From Octopus vulgaris (Eukaryota): a stretch of DNA of 64,000 nucleotides. The notes under the pieces were generated by a model. It was given only the letters and a program-made list of their open reading frames with translations. It did not search any database and was not told the DNA's origin. Every line of letters begins with the position of its first letter. Position 1 is the stretch's first letter. The stretch is taken from NCBI GenBank assembly GCA_951406725.2, contig OX597837.1:744001-808000 (forward strand). The letters run 5' to 3'. Positions 1 through 13,041 of this stretch are shown one piece after another. The position numbers and the translations under genes were made by a program.

Positions 1-299
1 ATTGCAAAGAAAAAAACACAAAACATTGTACTCTGATGTTGATGTTGTTATTGTTGTTTCCTTGTTGAGTTCGGAGGTGAGGTATAATTGGCCAGACTCG
101 AGTCACGTGGGTCGCGGCTCAACCAACAAAATTGGTTAGTATTGACCCAAAGATCCATAGCTTCAAAAATGCCATACTTCCGTACAGTCGAGATTTACGA
201 AGGGATAAGTTCTTGGCTTTTTATAAAAGAATATTTCATCATGTCGAACCGTTAATCCCTACACATTTTTACTCTCTCCTACTTTCTTTTTCTTTCTCT

Positions 300-420
300 C
301 TCCTTATTTTTTCCCCTGACATTCATTTCTGTTGAAGAGCGTAGGCTCGAAAAATCAAAGACTTTTCCATTCTTCCCGAGGGTTAAACTAATACACCTGC
401 TTGTTCCTTCACTTGTCATC
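300..420 (+). mobile_element. Penelope-like terminal-repeat fragment with degenerate hammerhead-shaped motif
   Basis: CTGTTGAA(329-336)-GAGC-GTAG-GCTC-GAAA(349-352). A related downstream part (CGAAACGTTAAA...CCTGAGCGT) recurs at 57891-57992. Confidence 0.45.
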
Positions 421-429
421 GTCTTTCGT

Positions 430-630
430 CACCCGCCATCACTTGGCAACCGATGCTTGTGCGTTTATATCCCCGTAACCTAGCTGTTCGGCAAAACACA
501 CCGATAGAATAAGTACTAAGCTTACAAAGAATAAGTCCAGGGAGTTGATTTCGTCGATCAATATCTTTTAAGGCGATGCTCCAGCATGGCCACAGTCAAA
601 TTACTGAAACAAGTAAAAGAATAGAAAAGA
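430..630 (+). mobile_element. SINE, 3' half (octopus-type family)
   Basis: Matches the 3' half of the full copy at 54777-55185 (CAACCGATGCT...CCCCGTAAC...CCAGCATGGCCACAGTCAAATTACTGAAACAAGTAAAAGA). Confidence 0.9.
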
Positions 631-689
631 ATACACACATACGAGAGTTCCTGTCTTTGGATAAAAGAAAATTCTTGAGGATCAATTAT

Positions 690-980
690 GGTTTTATCCA
701 AATTCAATTTCCCCTCTCAGATTCATACACTTATTACAATGGCCCTCCGGGTTTTTTAAGCCTTGTAAAAGAACTCGGAAGGTTGGGCCTCCAACCAGGC
801 CTTTCGCGATACCCTTAAAGGATTTCCAAGTGGTCTTTTCCGATCTCTTGGATACCATTAATAAACTGCACGAGTCAATCTTTTGTCTGTGATCCTTAAA
901 ACATGGCCAACCAAGCGGAACTTATGTCTTCGGTATTCTGCAATCACACCGTTCACTCCGTTTCAAGGTGCTTTCTTAAT
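690..980 (-). pseudogene. RTE-clade LINE, decayed C-terminal ORF fragment
   Basis: The minus strand translates to RLVGHVLRITDKRLTRAVY*WYPRDRKRPLGNP, the typical RTE C-terminal (W)AGHV.R..D.R...W.PR..KR..GRP motif, with an in-frame stop. Confidence 0.75.
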
Positions 981-1170
981 GATATATTAAAAGCTAAAAT
1001 ATATATACGTATGTAAATGTGTATATGTAAGTTTATATAACAGTGTATATAGAATGAACAACGAAAGCGCTTATAGACAATACGATAACTCTGTCGCGGA
1101 AGCTTCTTGCCATTTTGTTTTACAAAGGCTTTTAAAAAAGGGAGTAATAATTTTGAAGATCATTTTTCTT

Positions 1171-1236
<66 letters not shown>

Positions 1237-1249
1237 CATACATACATAC

Positions 1250-1865
1250 ATGAAATTGTATCATACAAAGATATTGTGAATGAAGCTAGAGTGACCCAAG
1301 AATATTATACCAGAGTAAGAAAAATATGGCAGTCTGAACTCTCTTCTTACAAAAAGGCAATATCCTACAATGCATTGGCAGTACCAGTGCTGATTCCAAC
1401 ATTTGGGATACTCGACTGGTTTGTAGAATGAATCCTCTCCATAAACATTAAGACCCGCAAGATTCTAACATCAACTGGAAATCTCCACAAAATTAGTGAT
1501 ATCGCACATTGGTGTGTGACATGACGTTGATGAAAAAATTATACAATGCCATTCGGAAAAAACACTGTCCTGTAATAAATATAGAGAACCCCCTGGTATT
1601 TAATCCGTACACAAATACCAGCACAAAGAATACTGGTGGAACATTCCCCTTAAAACATCTGCCGGATATTGTTGTTTGGGATACAAGATAACGTATGTAC
1701 CGTCATAGAGGTCAGCCGTCCTGCTAATGTGAATATACCTCTGAAAATGAAAGAGAAAGAAGATAACTCGAAACCTCCAGCTTCTCTATCCGGATTACAA
1801 ATTTACATTTATACATATAGTGATTGGAGCATTTGGTTTTTGTAAGTAAATACCTAATTGTCAGT
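1250..1865 (+). pseudogene. R4/Dong-like restriction-like-endonuclease LINE relic
   Basis: EYYTRVRKIWQSELSSYKKAISYNALAVPVLIPTFGILDW, then IKTRKILT..GNLH and PDIVVWD..IEVS. These are post-RT and PD-(D/E)xK motifs of R4/Dong elements, frameshifted and internally deleted. Confidence 0.8.
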
Positions 1866-1882
1866 CTGGATAAATGAAATAC

Positions 1883-1952
<70 letters not shown>

Positions 1953-2150
1953 AGGTGTATTTGCATGACTATATATGTGTGTGCATGAATATGTGAGCTT
2001 AGGCATGACCGAGTAATTTTTTTTTATTCGCATGCATGAGGTCATAGGCCTCTACCAAATGCATGAGAACCTTTACCAAAATCCCATCCAGTGACCAGCA
2101 GCATTATTACACGAATTTCCATAATTTGAAACGCTTAAACGCAGAACGCT

Positions 2151-2444
2151 AATATTCTTTTCTACTCTAGGCACAAGGCCCGAAATTTTGGGGGAAGGGG
2201 CCAGTCGATTAGATCACCCGCAGTATGCAACTGGTAGTTAATTTATCGACGCCGAAAAGTTGAAAGCCAATGTCGACCTCGGCAGAATTTGAACTCAGAA
2301 CGTAACAGCAGACGCAATACCTATTTCTTTACTGCCCACAAGGGGCTAAACACAGAGAGGACAAACAAGGACAGACAAACGGATTAAGTCAATTATATCG
2401 ACCCCAGTCTTTCGGGCCTTGTGCCTAGAGTAGAACAGAATATT
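2151..2444 (-). mobile_element. Composite SINE segment bounded by 35-bp inverted copies of the SINE tail
   Basis: 2151-2185 and 2410-2444 are reverse complements (1 mismatch). The interior is two partial minus-strand copies of the family seen at 10382-10610. Confidence 0.8.
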
Positions 2445-2760
2445 TTCATTCAGAAAATCATGAACCTGTAATGCATAATGGGGCGAAACCCCATCCTGCT
2501 GAGACTAGACGGGATTTCCCTTTCCAAGTGAATGCACGTGAGGTGTCAGCTTGTTGCCAAGCATGTTCAGATACGAATCACTAGTCACAGAGCGCTCAAA
2601 ATAAAATGGTCCAATTACTTGATTGGGCCAAATCCCACACCATACCATTACCTTGCTCCCTCCTTGTTGATTATCTGCTTCCATCCAATGAGAATTGGTT
2701 TGTGAGAAATATCGGCAGTTGTTGAAAAGAGATAAGGTTAGCGGTTTCACAAATTGCAGG
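2445..2760 (-). pseudogene. Tc1/mariner-superfamily transposase relic
   Basis: NCRYFSQTNSHW...KVMVWCGIWPNQVIGPFYFERSVTSDSYLNML...*SQQDGVSPHY, a DDE/DDD-domain signature (VWCG..IGP.FF; QQDGAPPH) with a stop codon. Confidence 0.85.
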
Positions 2761-3188
2761 ATGGTGCTTGACTTCATGACAACACTGTATAATAAGTTTC
2801 AGTTGAGCACTGAACTCATCTTAGCCAGTACCCGAATTTTCAAGCATTGTGCCACAATTTTAAACCAATTTTATAACTGCAGATAAATGTTCAAGATTGC
2901 TCCTCAGATTTAGCAGCTATGTGGATATGTAGACGCAAACACATATACACGTATTTATAAGTGTGCGTATAGGATAGTGTATGAAAATCGGAGGAACAAA
3001 TTTCAATATATAGAGCAGGGAATGTTTATTCTTTGGAAGTTGTTAATCTATACGGTTGTTACTCAGAGTTTTACATGGCATGCTATCCTTTATGCGGTGC
3101 CTCAATGGGTGCAAGTAGCCTGATTAGTGGCGGTGTGAGTAATGACATTGGAAAATGTGTTACACATCTATCTATACACACATATTTA

Positions 3189-3232
<44 letters not shown>

Positions 3233-3298
3233 AAACTACATTCATATTTATATATATAAGTACTTTCATATTTATATATATACACATATATACATACG

Positions 3299-3367
<69 letters not shown>

Positions 3368-3595
3368 TTTATATACATATTTACCTATGTATATATTTAT
3401 ATACATAATATATATACATACATATACATTCATATACATTATATATATACATACATATATACATATACATACATATATATATACTTACATAAACATATAT
3501 GCATATACATGTGTATACAGGCATATATGTACAGATATGACGCAAATATATGTACATGCATATAAAAATGTAAATAAATGAATATAAATATAATG

Positions 3596-3643
<48 letters not shown>

Positions 3644-4374
3644 AATATGTCTCTCTCTACACACACACATACATACATATACATAAGTTTATGCATGTAT
3701 CAAAAACGTATGGTTGTTCGTCGCTTTCTCCTTTCAAATTTCAAACCTCTGAACGCAATGCAGATTACTCATACATAACCTCCGATCTTTGATGGTTGCC
3801 ACGTGACCTTTACCCTTCGATCTCAACTTTAGTTCTTCAGAAAAAAATACCCAATCAATAATCTTTAGCATTTAAAGCTCTCTCCTATTTTATTCTGTAT
3901 TTGAAAAAAAATATCATATATATATACATATATTTTATCGACGCCATTGTAAAGCAGACGATACTGAGTGAAGCACGTACATCTATATCTATCTATCTGT
4001 GGCGTCTCTGTATAATAGATATATGAATATGATTTGTTTGATGTGTACGTGTGTATATGCATGTGTTTGCGTGCGTTTCTCGTTCATGCGCTATTATTAC
4101 ATGAATACTTAGAGCATTGTATATGTCATGAAGGGAAACACGTTACGTGTATGTGAGCGTGAGTTTCTCGTGTGTAGTTGTGTTTATGTGTGTGAGTGAG
4201 ATTGTGTATGTGTGTGTATGAATGTGTGTGTGTATGTATGAGAGAGAGAGAGAGTGCGTGTGTGTGTGTGACAAAGAAAGAGAAAGGGAGAAAATCAGAA
4301 TGGGAGAATATTTGTTAATTTTGATGTCTATTTGTTTCTGATATGGATTTATCTGGTGTATATAATTGCCAGAA

Positions 4375-4409
<35 letters not shown>

Positions 4410-5992
4410 CACATGAAGAATTGCATAAAAATATATGCGTGTATAGGCAGACACAGAACTGTACGCATATATTTTGCATTTTTCTGAGTGAATTTGTTTG
4501 TGGTATGTGTGCAAATGTTTGTTTGAAAGCGTGTTAAAATCGTTAATGCGTATGACCAGTTCGAGCATTTGTAAGTTAGTATGTATAACAATGCGTATAT
4601 ATAAAGAGGAAAAGAGTGGCATATGGTTCTAAAGCGTGTTGTGATATTGGATAATGCCGTCAAGACAGATGGAAGTATGAACGGTTGCATACGGGTGCAG
4701 ATGTAAAAGTTTTCTGTGTTTTTAGGTTTGTTATAGCCATCAGGTCTAGCAGCCAAGCTGGAGCACTAAATACGGATCGATCTGGGTCAGTGTCTATACA
4801 TTTTTAAGTGAATCTGATATATATATACGCACACACACACCAGTGCGTAGTATATATGTGAAGGGATGTATATATGTGTATATATGTGTACAGTTGTTGA
4901 TGTATGCACATGTATTTCATGTTTCACTATAAATGCGTAATATTGTTGTACGTATGTTTTTTCAGAATGAGGTCATTCCCCTGTTTTTATCTTTGCGCCT
5001 ATGTTAAGAGTAAATATATCGTAGACATGGCTGTCCTGTTAAAAATTTGCTTCACAACCACGATGCTTCAGGTTCAGTCCCATTGCATGCGACCCAGAGC
5101 AACCGCCTTCTATTATAGCCCCAGGTTGTCCAAAGCGTTGAAGTGGATTTGGTAGATAGAAACTGAAAGGCCATCATTCATGCATATATATGTATGTGTG
5201 TATCGTGTTGCTTTGTTCTGGCTTGCGGCAGAAAAGCCACAGTCTTCATGCAAATAGTGCTGTTCTTTTGCCGTTTCCTTTGAAAATGTGTCCGGTCATC
5301 GAGTAATTTATCTTTCAAAGACTAGAGGTAACATTAATTTGCTTGTAAACAGGTGGATGTTAGCAACAAGACGAGTATCTGGCTGTCAAATAACTGCCTC
5401 AAAAAAATTTCCCTGACCTATGCAAGCACAGAAAAGTGGACATTAAAATGATGATGATGTGATATATGTTAATGTAGCCGATATATTATAAACATAATAT
5501 ACAAAGTATATAAAATATAAAATTTATAAATTATTATTTATTCATTTTTAAAAAAATATTTTTTTTAATTTCAAATTAATAATTTTTTTAATTCTTAAAT
5601 TAAATTTTTTTAAAATTTTTATTTATTTATATATAACTATCAAAAATTATTAAAAAGTTTAATATAAGATAATAAGTAAAACCACTACGTACGTTTCATT
5701 GCCATAACCTAATTCGAATTACAATAATTTAAATTCAATTTTCTAAAGTTCGGTATGTGGTGAAGCAAATTTTTCTTGCTGAACCCTAATTATAATTATA
5801 CTCATAATTTTACCGGAATAGTTCAATACTGAATTTTTATTCCGACTAGGCAATTTGTTACCGAAATGCATTGCGAAAAAGCCCGCCATTTTCATAGATA
5901 TGTAAGGATAAACATTCGTACAAGCTACGACGAATTCTACGGTTAGCTATCGAGTTTGTAATGTTATGTTTTTTCTAATATTTCTTGAGTTT

Positions 5993-6056
5993 GTTGCACT
6001 GACGAACATGAAATGCATATTCTGCATTAAATGCGAAATCACATGTGATATGTAAC
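5993..6056 (+). ncRNA. Type I hammerhead ribozyme (copy 1)
   Basis: Stem I GTTGCA(5993-98)/TGTAAC(6051-56). Core CTGACGA(5999-6005). Stem II aCAT..AATGCA-tattc-TGCATT..ATGc. GAAA(6035-38). Palindromic stem III ATCACATGTGAT. AUA cleavage triplet ending 6050. The stem II closing pair is an A.C mismatch. Confidence 0.8.
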
Positions 6057-6488
6057 TGAGTTCTTTTTTAAAATGATGTGTTTTGAAGTTTTGCATTCGG
6101 TAAAATTTTGTTTATTTTTAGTAGTTTTGACCGCATTGGTCCCTCTTAGCGTGTTGATATCTACGAATAGTAGTACCCTCAATATAATATAAATGAATAT
6201 TTTCAAAGAGGAAGATTTTACGGATTTTTTCTCTTACGAGGTTTTTCACGCTGACTACTGATAATTTCTTTTAAAGATTTTATCCTCAATTGTTAATTTA
6301 TATTTTTCACCGGAATAGTTCAATACTGAATTTTTATTCCGACTAGGCAATTTGTTACCGAAATGCATTGCGAAAAAGCCCGCCATTTTCATAGATATGT
6401 AAGGATAAACATTCGTACACGCTACGACGAATTCTACGGTTGGCTATCGAGTTTGTAATGTTATTTTTTTCTTATATTTCTTGAGTTT

Positions 6489-6552
6489 GTTGCACTGACG
6501 AACATGAAATGCATATTCTGCATTAAATGCGAAATCACATGTGATATGTAAC
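6489..6552 (+). ncRNA. Type I hammerhead ribozyme (copy 2)
   Basis: Identical to copy 1. Core CTGACGA 6495-6501, GAAA 6531-34, predicted cleavage after 6546 (496 nt from the first site). Confidence 0.8.
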
Positions 6553-6801
6553 TGAATTATTTTTTAAAATGATGTGTTTTGAAGTTTTGCATTCGGTAAA
6601 ATTTTGTTTATTTTTAGTAGTTTTGACCGCATTGGTCCCTCTTAGCGTGTTGGTATCTACGAATAGTAGTACCCTCAATATAATATAAATGAATATTTTC
6701 AAAGAGGAAGATTTTACGGATTTTTTCTCTTACGAGGTTTTTCACGCTGACTACTGATAATTTCTTTTAAAGATTTTATCCTCAATTGTTAATTTATATT
6801 T

Positions 6802-7142
<341 letters not shown>

Positions 7143-7309
7143 ACAAAACAACAGTATTTGTGGAGACTTATTTTTGTCGTAAAAGAAATAGTAGCCCTTT
7201 GACTGCTATTTCTAATATTTTGGGTACGTGGTTTAAGCAACTTGTTGCAAAAAACCCTTATTATAAATACACACACACACACACCCACCCATATATATAT
7301 ATATGTATA

Positions 7310-7640
7310 TATCGGAGAGCAGGGATATTTCCTCCGTCAGGTAGCTACGTCTATACCGTCCTACACCGTTTCCATATTTTTTTGTTTCACTAGAGACTGC
7401 AGGAAAAGCCTCGAACTGCGATGAAACCCCAATGTTGCGACGCCATATTCTTATGCACACAGTCGTACCTATAATCCAAACTTTAGCTTCGTTACTTATG
7501 CACCGCGTGATGAAATCCTGCTCCTGATATTTATTATGTTTCAGGACAAAACCATTTAGTTCCACCAACATTTTCTTATTTCAAACTGGAAAATCATAAA
7601 TCTATGATAATGAAGCCGTGTCCTTGTTTTTGGCAATCAT
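7310..7640 (-). pseudogene. Possible heavily decayed Penelope-type RT fragment
   Basis: LVELNGFVLKHN resembles the PLE RT L.EL..FVL.NN motif, with an RY(ID)-like remnant about 230 nt further on. The similarity is weak. Confidence 0.3.
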
Positions 7641-7801
7641 TCTTGGTCTACTTAGGGATCAGATCTAGAATGCCTAGTTTTAATCATTTCTAAGCTGTGT
7701 GCGTACTTTGACTGATACATGCGTGGGTTTGTGCCGGCCTGACTGTCAGTTTGTGTGTGATCATGTGTATGCATTTGTGTGTGTGTGTGTGTGTGCGTGC
7801 G

Positions 7802-7845
<44 letters not shown>

Positions 7846-8178
7846 CGTGTTTGTGAGTGTGGGGGCGGTGTGCAGCATGCCGGAACGATTTAGAAGTTTA
7901 CTTCGTAATGACGTCTCCGCAAATTCGGTGCCACCGCCTGGTGTCTTGGACTAGAGACTTTTACTGTAGCCTTTGTTTGATCCATCAGTCGTAAGCAGAA
8001 ACTGTCGGTTAGATTGTAACTGTAACTAACTGGTACAACCTTGTCATACAGAGCTGGTAATTTTTTTGTAGAAATAGCGAAATGATGGAAGTTGTCCTCT
8101 GCGGGATTTGATTTGAGAACGTAGAGACAAGGAACGATTTCCGCAAGGCGATCACTCAAAGGGTATGTAACCGCTTTG

Positions 8179-8241
<63 letters not shown>

Positions 8242-8245
<4 letters not shown>

Positions 8246-8478
8246 CGTATATTTGCCATTTGAATATGGCTAACCCCTAAGGGTGGATGCTACTGTAGTT
8301 TGTAGCCCCAGGAGGACACCTCCTCCAGCTGGCTATAGACACACTTTCTGTGCCCTATCAGAAAGGGCACAGAAAGTGTGTCTGTAGCCAGCTGGAGGAG
8401 GTGTCCTCCTGGGGCTACAAACTACAGTAGCATTCACCCTTAGGGGTTAGCCATAATCAAATGGCAAATATACGTCAC
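8242..8478. repeat. Near-perfect 237-bp palindrome (115-bp arms, 7-nt loop) inside (TA)n
   Basis: Arm 8242-8356 is the reverse complement of 8364-8478 with about 3 mismatches. The loop is ATCAGAA. Confidence 0.95.
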
Positions 8479-8525
8479 CATGTGTTGCTGCTACTGTTTA
8501 TAACTCGCTCTGAGATTTATCATTG

Positions 8526-8558
<33 letters not shown>

Positions 8559-8564
<6 letters not shown>

Positions 8565-8766
8565 GAGGCAAAAAATACCTCCCACATTTTAGCAACCGAT
8601 GCGTTGCTAATGAACTTATGCAAGTGTCAATGATATTTTCATTTTGCTAATGAACAAAAACTGCAACCCTTTGTTTAAACAACAGTAAAATTAATTTTTC
8701 ATAAATGTTGTTTCTTTTTCATTTTGTCGACCTTTCAGATGTGGGAGCTATTTCTGCCGCACCCTG
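8559..8766. mobile_element. Tc1/mariner-type MITE
   Basis: Imperfect ~28-bp TIRs AGGGTGAGGCAAAAAATACCTCCCACAT / ATGTGGGAGCTATTTCTGCCGCACCCTG, with TA context at the left end. Confidence 0.75.
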
Positions 8767-8879
8767 TGTGTGTATACATATATATATATATATTTTTTTT
8801 TTCAGCTGTTTCTTCTTCCTACTTGTGTAGAGTCGCTCAAACTTTTCTAAAAAGGAGCCGGTTGCACCGGAGTAAACAC

Positions 8880-9015
8880 ATAAATGTGAAACAAGGTGGA
8901 AAAAAGAGTACTCAAATCCAGTGGGTAAAGTTCCATCATTTTCAGCTCTTTCTTCGTCCTACTTGTGTAACTTTACTCACTGGATTTGAGTACTCTTTTT
9001 GCCACCTTGTTTCAC

Positions 9016-9021
<6 letters not shown>
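8880..9021. repeat. Inverted repeat (~53-bp arms) in a (TA)n-flanked cassette
   Basis: 8880-8932 pairs with 8969-9021. A short direct repeat CAGCT..TTCTTC.TCCTACTTGTGTA occurs at ~8803 and ~8943. Confidence 0.9.
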
Positions 9022-9074
<53 letters not shown>

Positions 9075-9145
9075 CACACAACTATATGCATATATATATA
9101 CATACACAAAACTATATATATATATGTATATACACATACACACAA

Positions 9146-9190
<45 letters not shown>

Positions 9191-10092
9191 ACATGACGGA
9201 CTTCTTTCAGTTTCTCTTTATCAAATCCACTCTCAAGGATTTCCTCTACAGTAGAAGACACATTCTCAAGATGCCATGCATTGGGACTGAACCCTGAATC
9301 ATTTGGTTGGGAAGCAAGCTACTTACCACACAGTCTCCCCCACACACACACATACATACAAGCACGTCTGTCTGTGTGTATGTTTATGGTGGATATTTTA
9401 AGGGCGTGACGGTCTCAGCTGTGACACCTTTGATCATAAGTCCGGGTTGACCTGAGTGTAAACAACACCAACAACAACAGCAAAAACAACAACACTAACT
9501 TCACCTTCTAGTGATATCCACCGACAAATTAGGAAGGGGCGTTCTTTCTATTTGCCGATCCTAAAAACATGACAAGCAGGAACGGTTTCATTTCACGTCA
9601 ACATTGATAAAGGCGACCATAAAATATTTTGTTGCTGCGGTTGTTGTTTTTTTTTTTTGTTGAAATGCGACAGGAGATAGAAAGTTTAAAATAACAGGGG
9701 AAAGAAGCCTTCCGTTATATTACTGTCATTTTTATTTTCTGTGACGCGGTGTGTTTGCAAGGGGTCTTATTTCGAAGGAACTAAGAAATAAAGCGGGCGA
9801 CAATAATGAATAAATAAATAAATAAAGTTATAAAACGGGAGATTGAAGATACTTCTAGAATAACATCGGAAAGTAGAGGAAATTGACGGGGGCGGGGAGG
9901 CGTGATTGCAACAATTAGTCCACAAAAATGGCGCAGGGGTGGCTGTGTGGCAAGAAGCTTGCTTCCCAATTACATGATTCTAGGTTCAGTTCCTACACTG
10001 TGAGACTTTGAGCATACGTCTTCTGTTATACATACGGGCTTATCAAAGCCTTGTGAGTCGATTTCATAAACGGAAACTAAACGAAGCTCGTT

Positions 10093-10142
<50 letters not shown>

Positions 10143-10381
10143 GAAATGATAAGAGGGCATAGAAAATTCTTTAACATACCTTTAGGAATTCGTTACAATA
10201 GTTTCTATACCAACTCTACTTCCAACGTCAGTTTACGCAAACACTCGAAGTGAAAATCTACGTATGGTATACGGTTTTAGACATCAGAGAGGTACTTAAT
10301 CAGACTTGCATCAAAAGGTGCGCTGTCATATTTTGCCTCTTCCAGACCTTGTTTTTGGCTTATATATATATATATATATAT

Positions 10382-10610
10382 AAGGCGAGCTGGCAGAAAC
10401 GTTAGCGTGCCGGGCGAAATGCTTAGCCGTATTTCGTCTGTCGTTATGTTCTGAGTTCAAATTCCGCCGAGGTCGACTTTGCCTTTCATCCTCTCGGGGT
10501 CGATAAATAAAGTACCAGTTTGTCACTGGGTCGATGTAATCGACTTAATCCGTTTGCCCGTCCTTGTTTGTCCCCTCTATGTTTAGCCCCTTGTGGGCAA
10601 TAAAGAAATA
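10382..10610 (+). mobile_element. SINE, full-length (family beginning GGCGAGCTGGCAGAAACGTTAGC)
   Basis: B-box-like GAGTTCAAATTCC. Further copies at ~22243-22460(+), 22470-22697(-), 24320-24510(+), 44665-44850(+), 45240-45630(-, two), 52310-52505(-), 61130-61360(+) and 61410-61620(-). Confidence 0.9.
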
Positions 10611-10611
10611 T

Positions 10612-11055
10612 ATATAATATAAAATCCGTTCTGTGTGTGTGTTTTCTAGGATCTCTGGCATCCTCCATCCGATTGCGCTCAAATTTGATTTGATATGTAG
10701 ATACCGACGGTATCAGGGCGTGTATAAGTCTTGAAAAAATTACAAAATTGATTCCATGCGATCGATAAAGCCGTGGGAGCGTGCATTTGTACGCGCAAGT
10801 ACATCAGCTGTTGCGATGTACTTACTGGTACTTTAAACTCTTCGGTTGCATATTTGTGTGAATAAAATCGTTTTCCTTTGAAATAGAAAAAATCCTATCT
10901 TTATTTCTTCTTTTACTAGTGTTTCAAATTTAGGTTAATTCAGTGTTTCTGAAAGAGGAGGCCTATGGGACGATCGGACAAGTTGTTTTGAGAAAATATG
11001 GCTTAAATGTTTGACAATTTAGCACCGTCCATTGGACGGGGGGCGTTTTTCTCGT
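10612..11055 (+). mobile_element. Non-autonomous Helitron-like element
   Basis: The 5' start ATATAATATAAAATCCG..CTGTGTGTG is typical of animal helitron non-autonomous elements. 3' hairpin CCGTCC-ATT-GGACGG (11025-11039) lies ~11 nt before a CTCG|T end (CTRR-like). Confidence 0.65.
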
Positions 11056-11518
11056 ATATATATATATATATATATATTTGAAAAATTTAGTCATCAAGAA
11101 GGAGTACGGTTGAATATTTATTTTCAATCCCTACAATTGTTTCTATGCAACGTATTTCTCCAGGCGTGCAGGTACTTGATTATGCAACCGTTTCCCTGCA
11201 TTATGAGATCTAGTTGTTTTACCTCAGGCGATATGTATGTAATGTCTCCGTATGTTCAAATTCTCGGCTTCAAGAACATTCTCTCTGTATGTCGTGGCCT
11301 GAATGAATTTAGTAGTGATCAAAAAACAAATGTGGAACCGTATTTCTTCCTGTTGATTCCAAATTTGTTTATCCATTCGCACGCCTCAGATGCCCAAACG
11401 CAAACCTGGAAATACTCATGACACTAGAACTTGATAGCACAGGTTGAAACCCGTAGGTCGACGAGCTTTATACTGCACTAGGTTCTTAACAGAAAATAAC
11501 ATAACTATATATATAATT

Positions 11519-11552
<34 letters not shown>

Positions 11553-11602
11553 CGTGTGTGTGTGTATGTATTATATATATAAAATTTAAGTGTGCGTGTG
11601 TG

Positions 11603-11659
<57 letters not shown>

Positions 11660-12578
11660 TACATAATTTAAATTTGGGTATAATAGAAGTAACTGAAACG
11701 GAGATTTAAAACCAGGCACCTTTTGAAAAGTCACCTTATGAGACACATCGCCGCCAATGACGGACCACAACAATTTGTAGACAATCTCACCCACGAAGCA
11801 CCGATGCAAGATGAGTCGAAACAATCGTAGTGATTAATAAAGTATCTCGTGAATTCCATTACTTTCTCTCATATTTTATATGTGAGTGTGTGTGTATTTG
11901 TTGTTCGCCACAACTTGACAAGCGGTTTTGGTATCTATTTTACGTCCCTTTCAAATAGCAGTATGACAAAAGTTACCGATAGGTCTACTCATTCTTCAAG
12001 ACGATGCCCCAGCATGGCCGCAGTCTAATGGCTGAAACGAGAAAAAGTAGATAAAACATAGTGATCAAACAAAGACGCCCAGAACGCGAACCTTCAACCC
12101 AAATATTTAAGATATCTCCTTTCTCCTCTCGAAAAATTGCTCTTTCACATATATTTTACTTAAATTTTTTATTCTTTATTTTATTTATTTATTTATATTT
12201 TGTTTATTTTATTTTTCTCCTCAAATTTCCAATTTTTTGTGTAAATCCTAAGTTTTTACGTGTGTCAATGCGTATATAATATGTGGACCCTAACGAATAT
12301 GTGTATACTTGTGTGTGTTTATTTGGGTGTTTGTGTGTGCGTTTTTGCGTGTATTTTACCGCGGCGGGTGGCTGGTGTGGCTGGTACTTGACACTTGTTT
12401 TTTGTAAGACAAGTTTTAATTGGTTGACTGAAGGTCAACATTGTAATGACCTCATAGGACTATATTTTAATCTCTTATCATTCACACACAAATTCACATT
12501 TTCGCGCTAAAAAAAACGTAGACAAAAATACATATGCGTCAGAGCATTCGTATAAAATATGCATAAACACGTGTTTTC

Positions 12579-12900
<322 letters not shown>

Positions 12901-13041
12901 AGGCGATATGAGAGGTGAATATATTTATTTACAGCCGTTTCACAGGTTTCTTCACGTAATAATAAGCCACCTCGTCAGATCACTTCACATCATGGTTATA
13001 TTCATGTCTGTCTGTTTGTCTGCCTGTCAATCTATATGTAT

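Larger units (their letters stand above)
5812..6801 (+). repeat. Head-to-tail tandem dimer of a ~497-bp hammerhead-containing unit (retrozyme / PLE-LTR-like)
   Basis: Unit 1 is 5812-6308 and unit 2 is 6309-6801. They differ at roughly 7-8 positions by eye. Each has a hammerhead, there is no ORF, and a long (TA)n tract follows directly. Confidence 0.92.

Noticed and set aside
10175-10295. Minus-strand CTGATGT..TATACCA/TGGTATA-GAAAC-TATT-GTA hammerhead-like motif in a (TA)n-flanked cassette
   Set aside because: The core is interrupted and there is no adjacent stem I pairing. It is at best a badly decayed relic.
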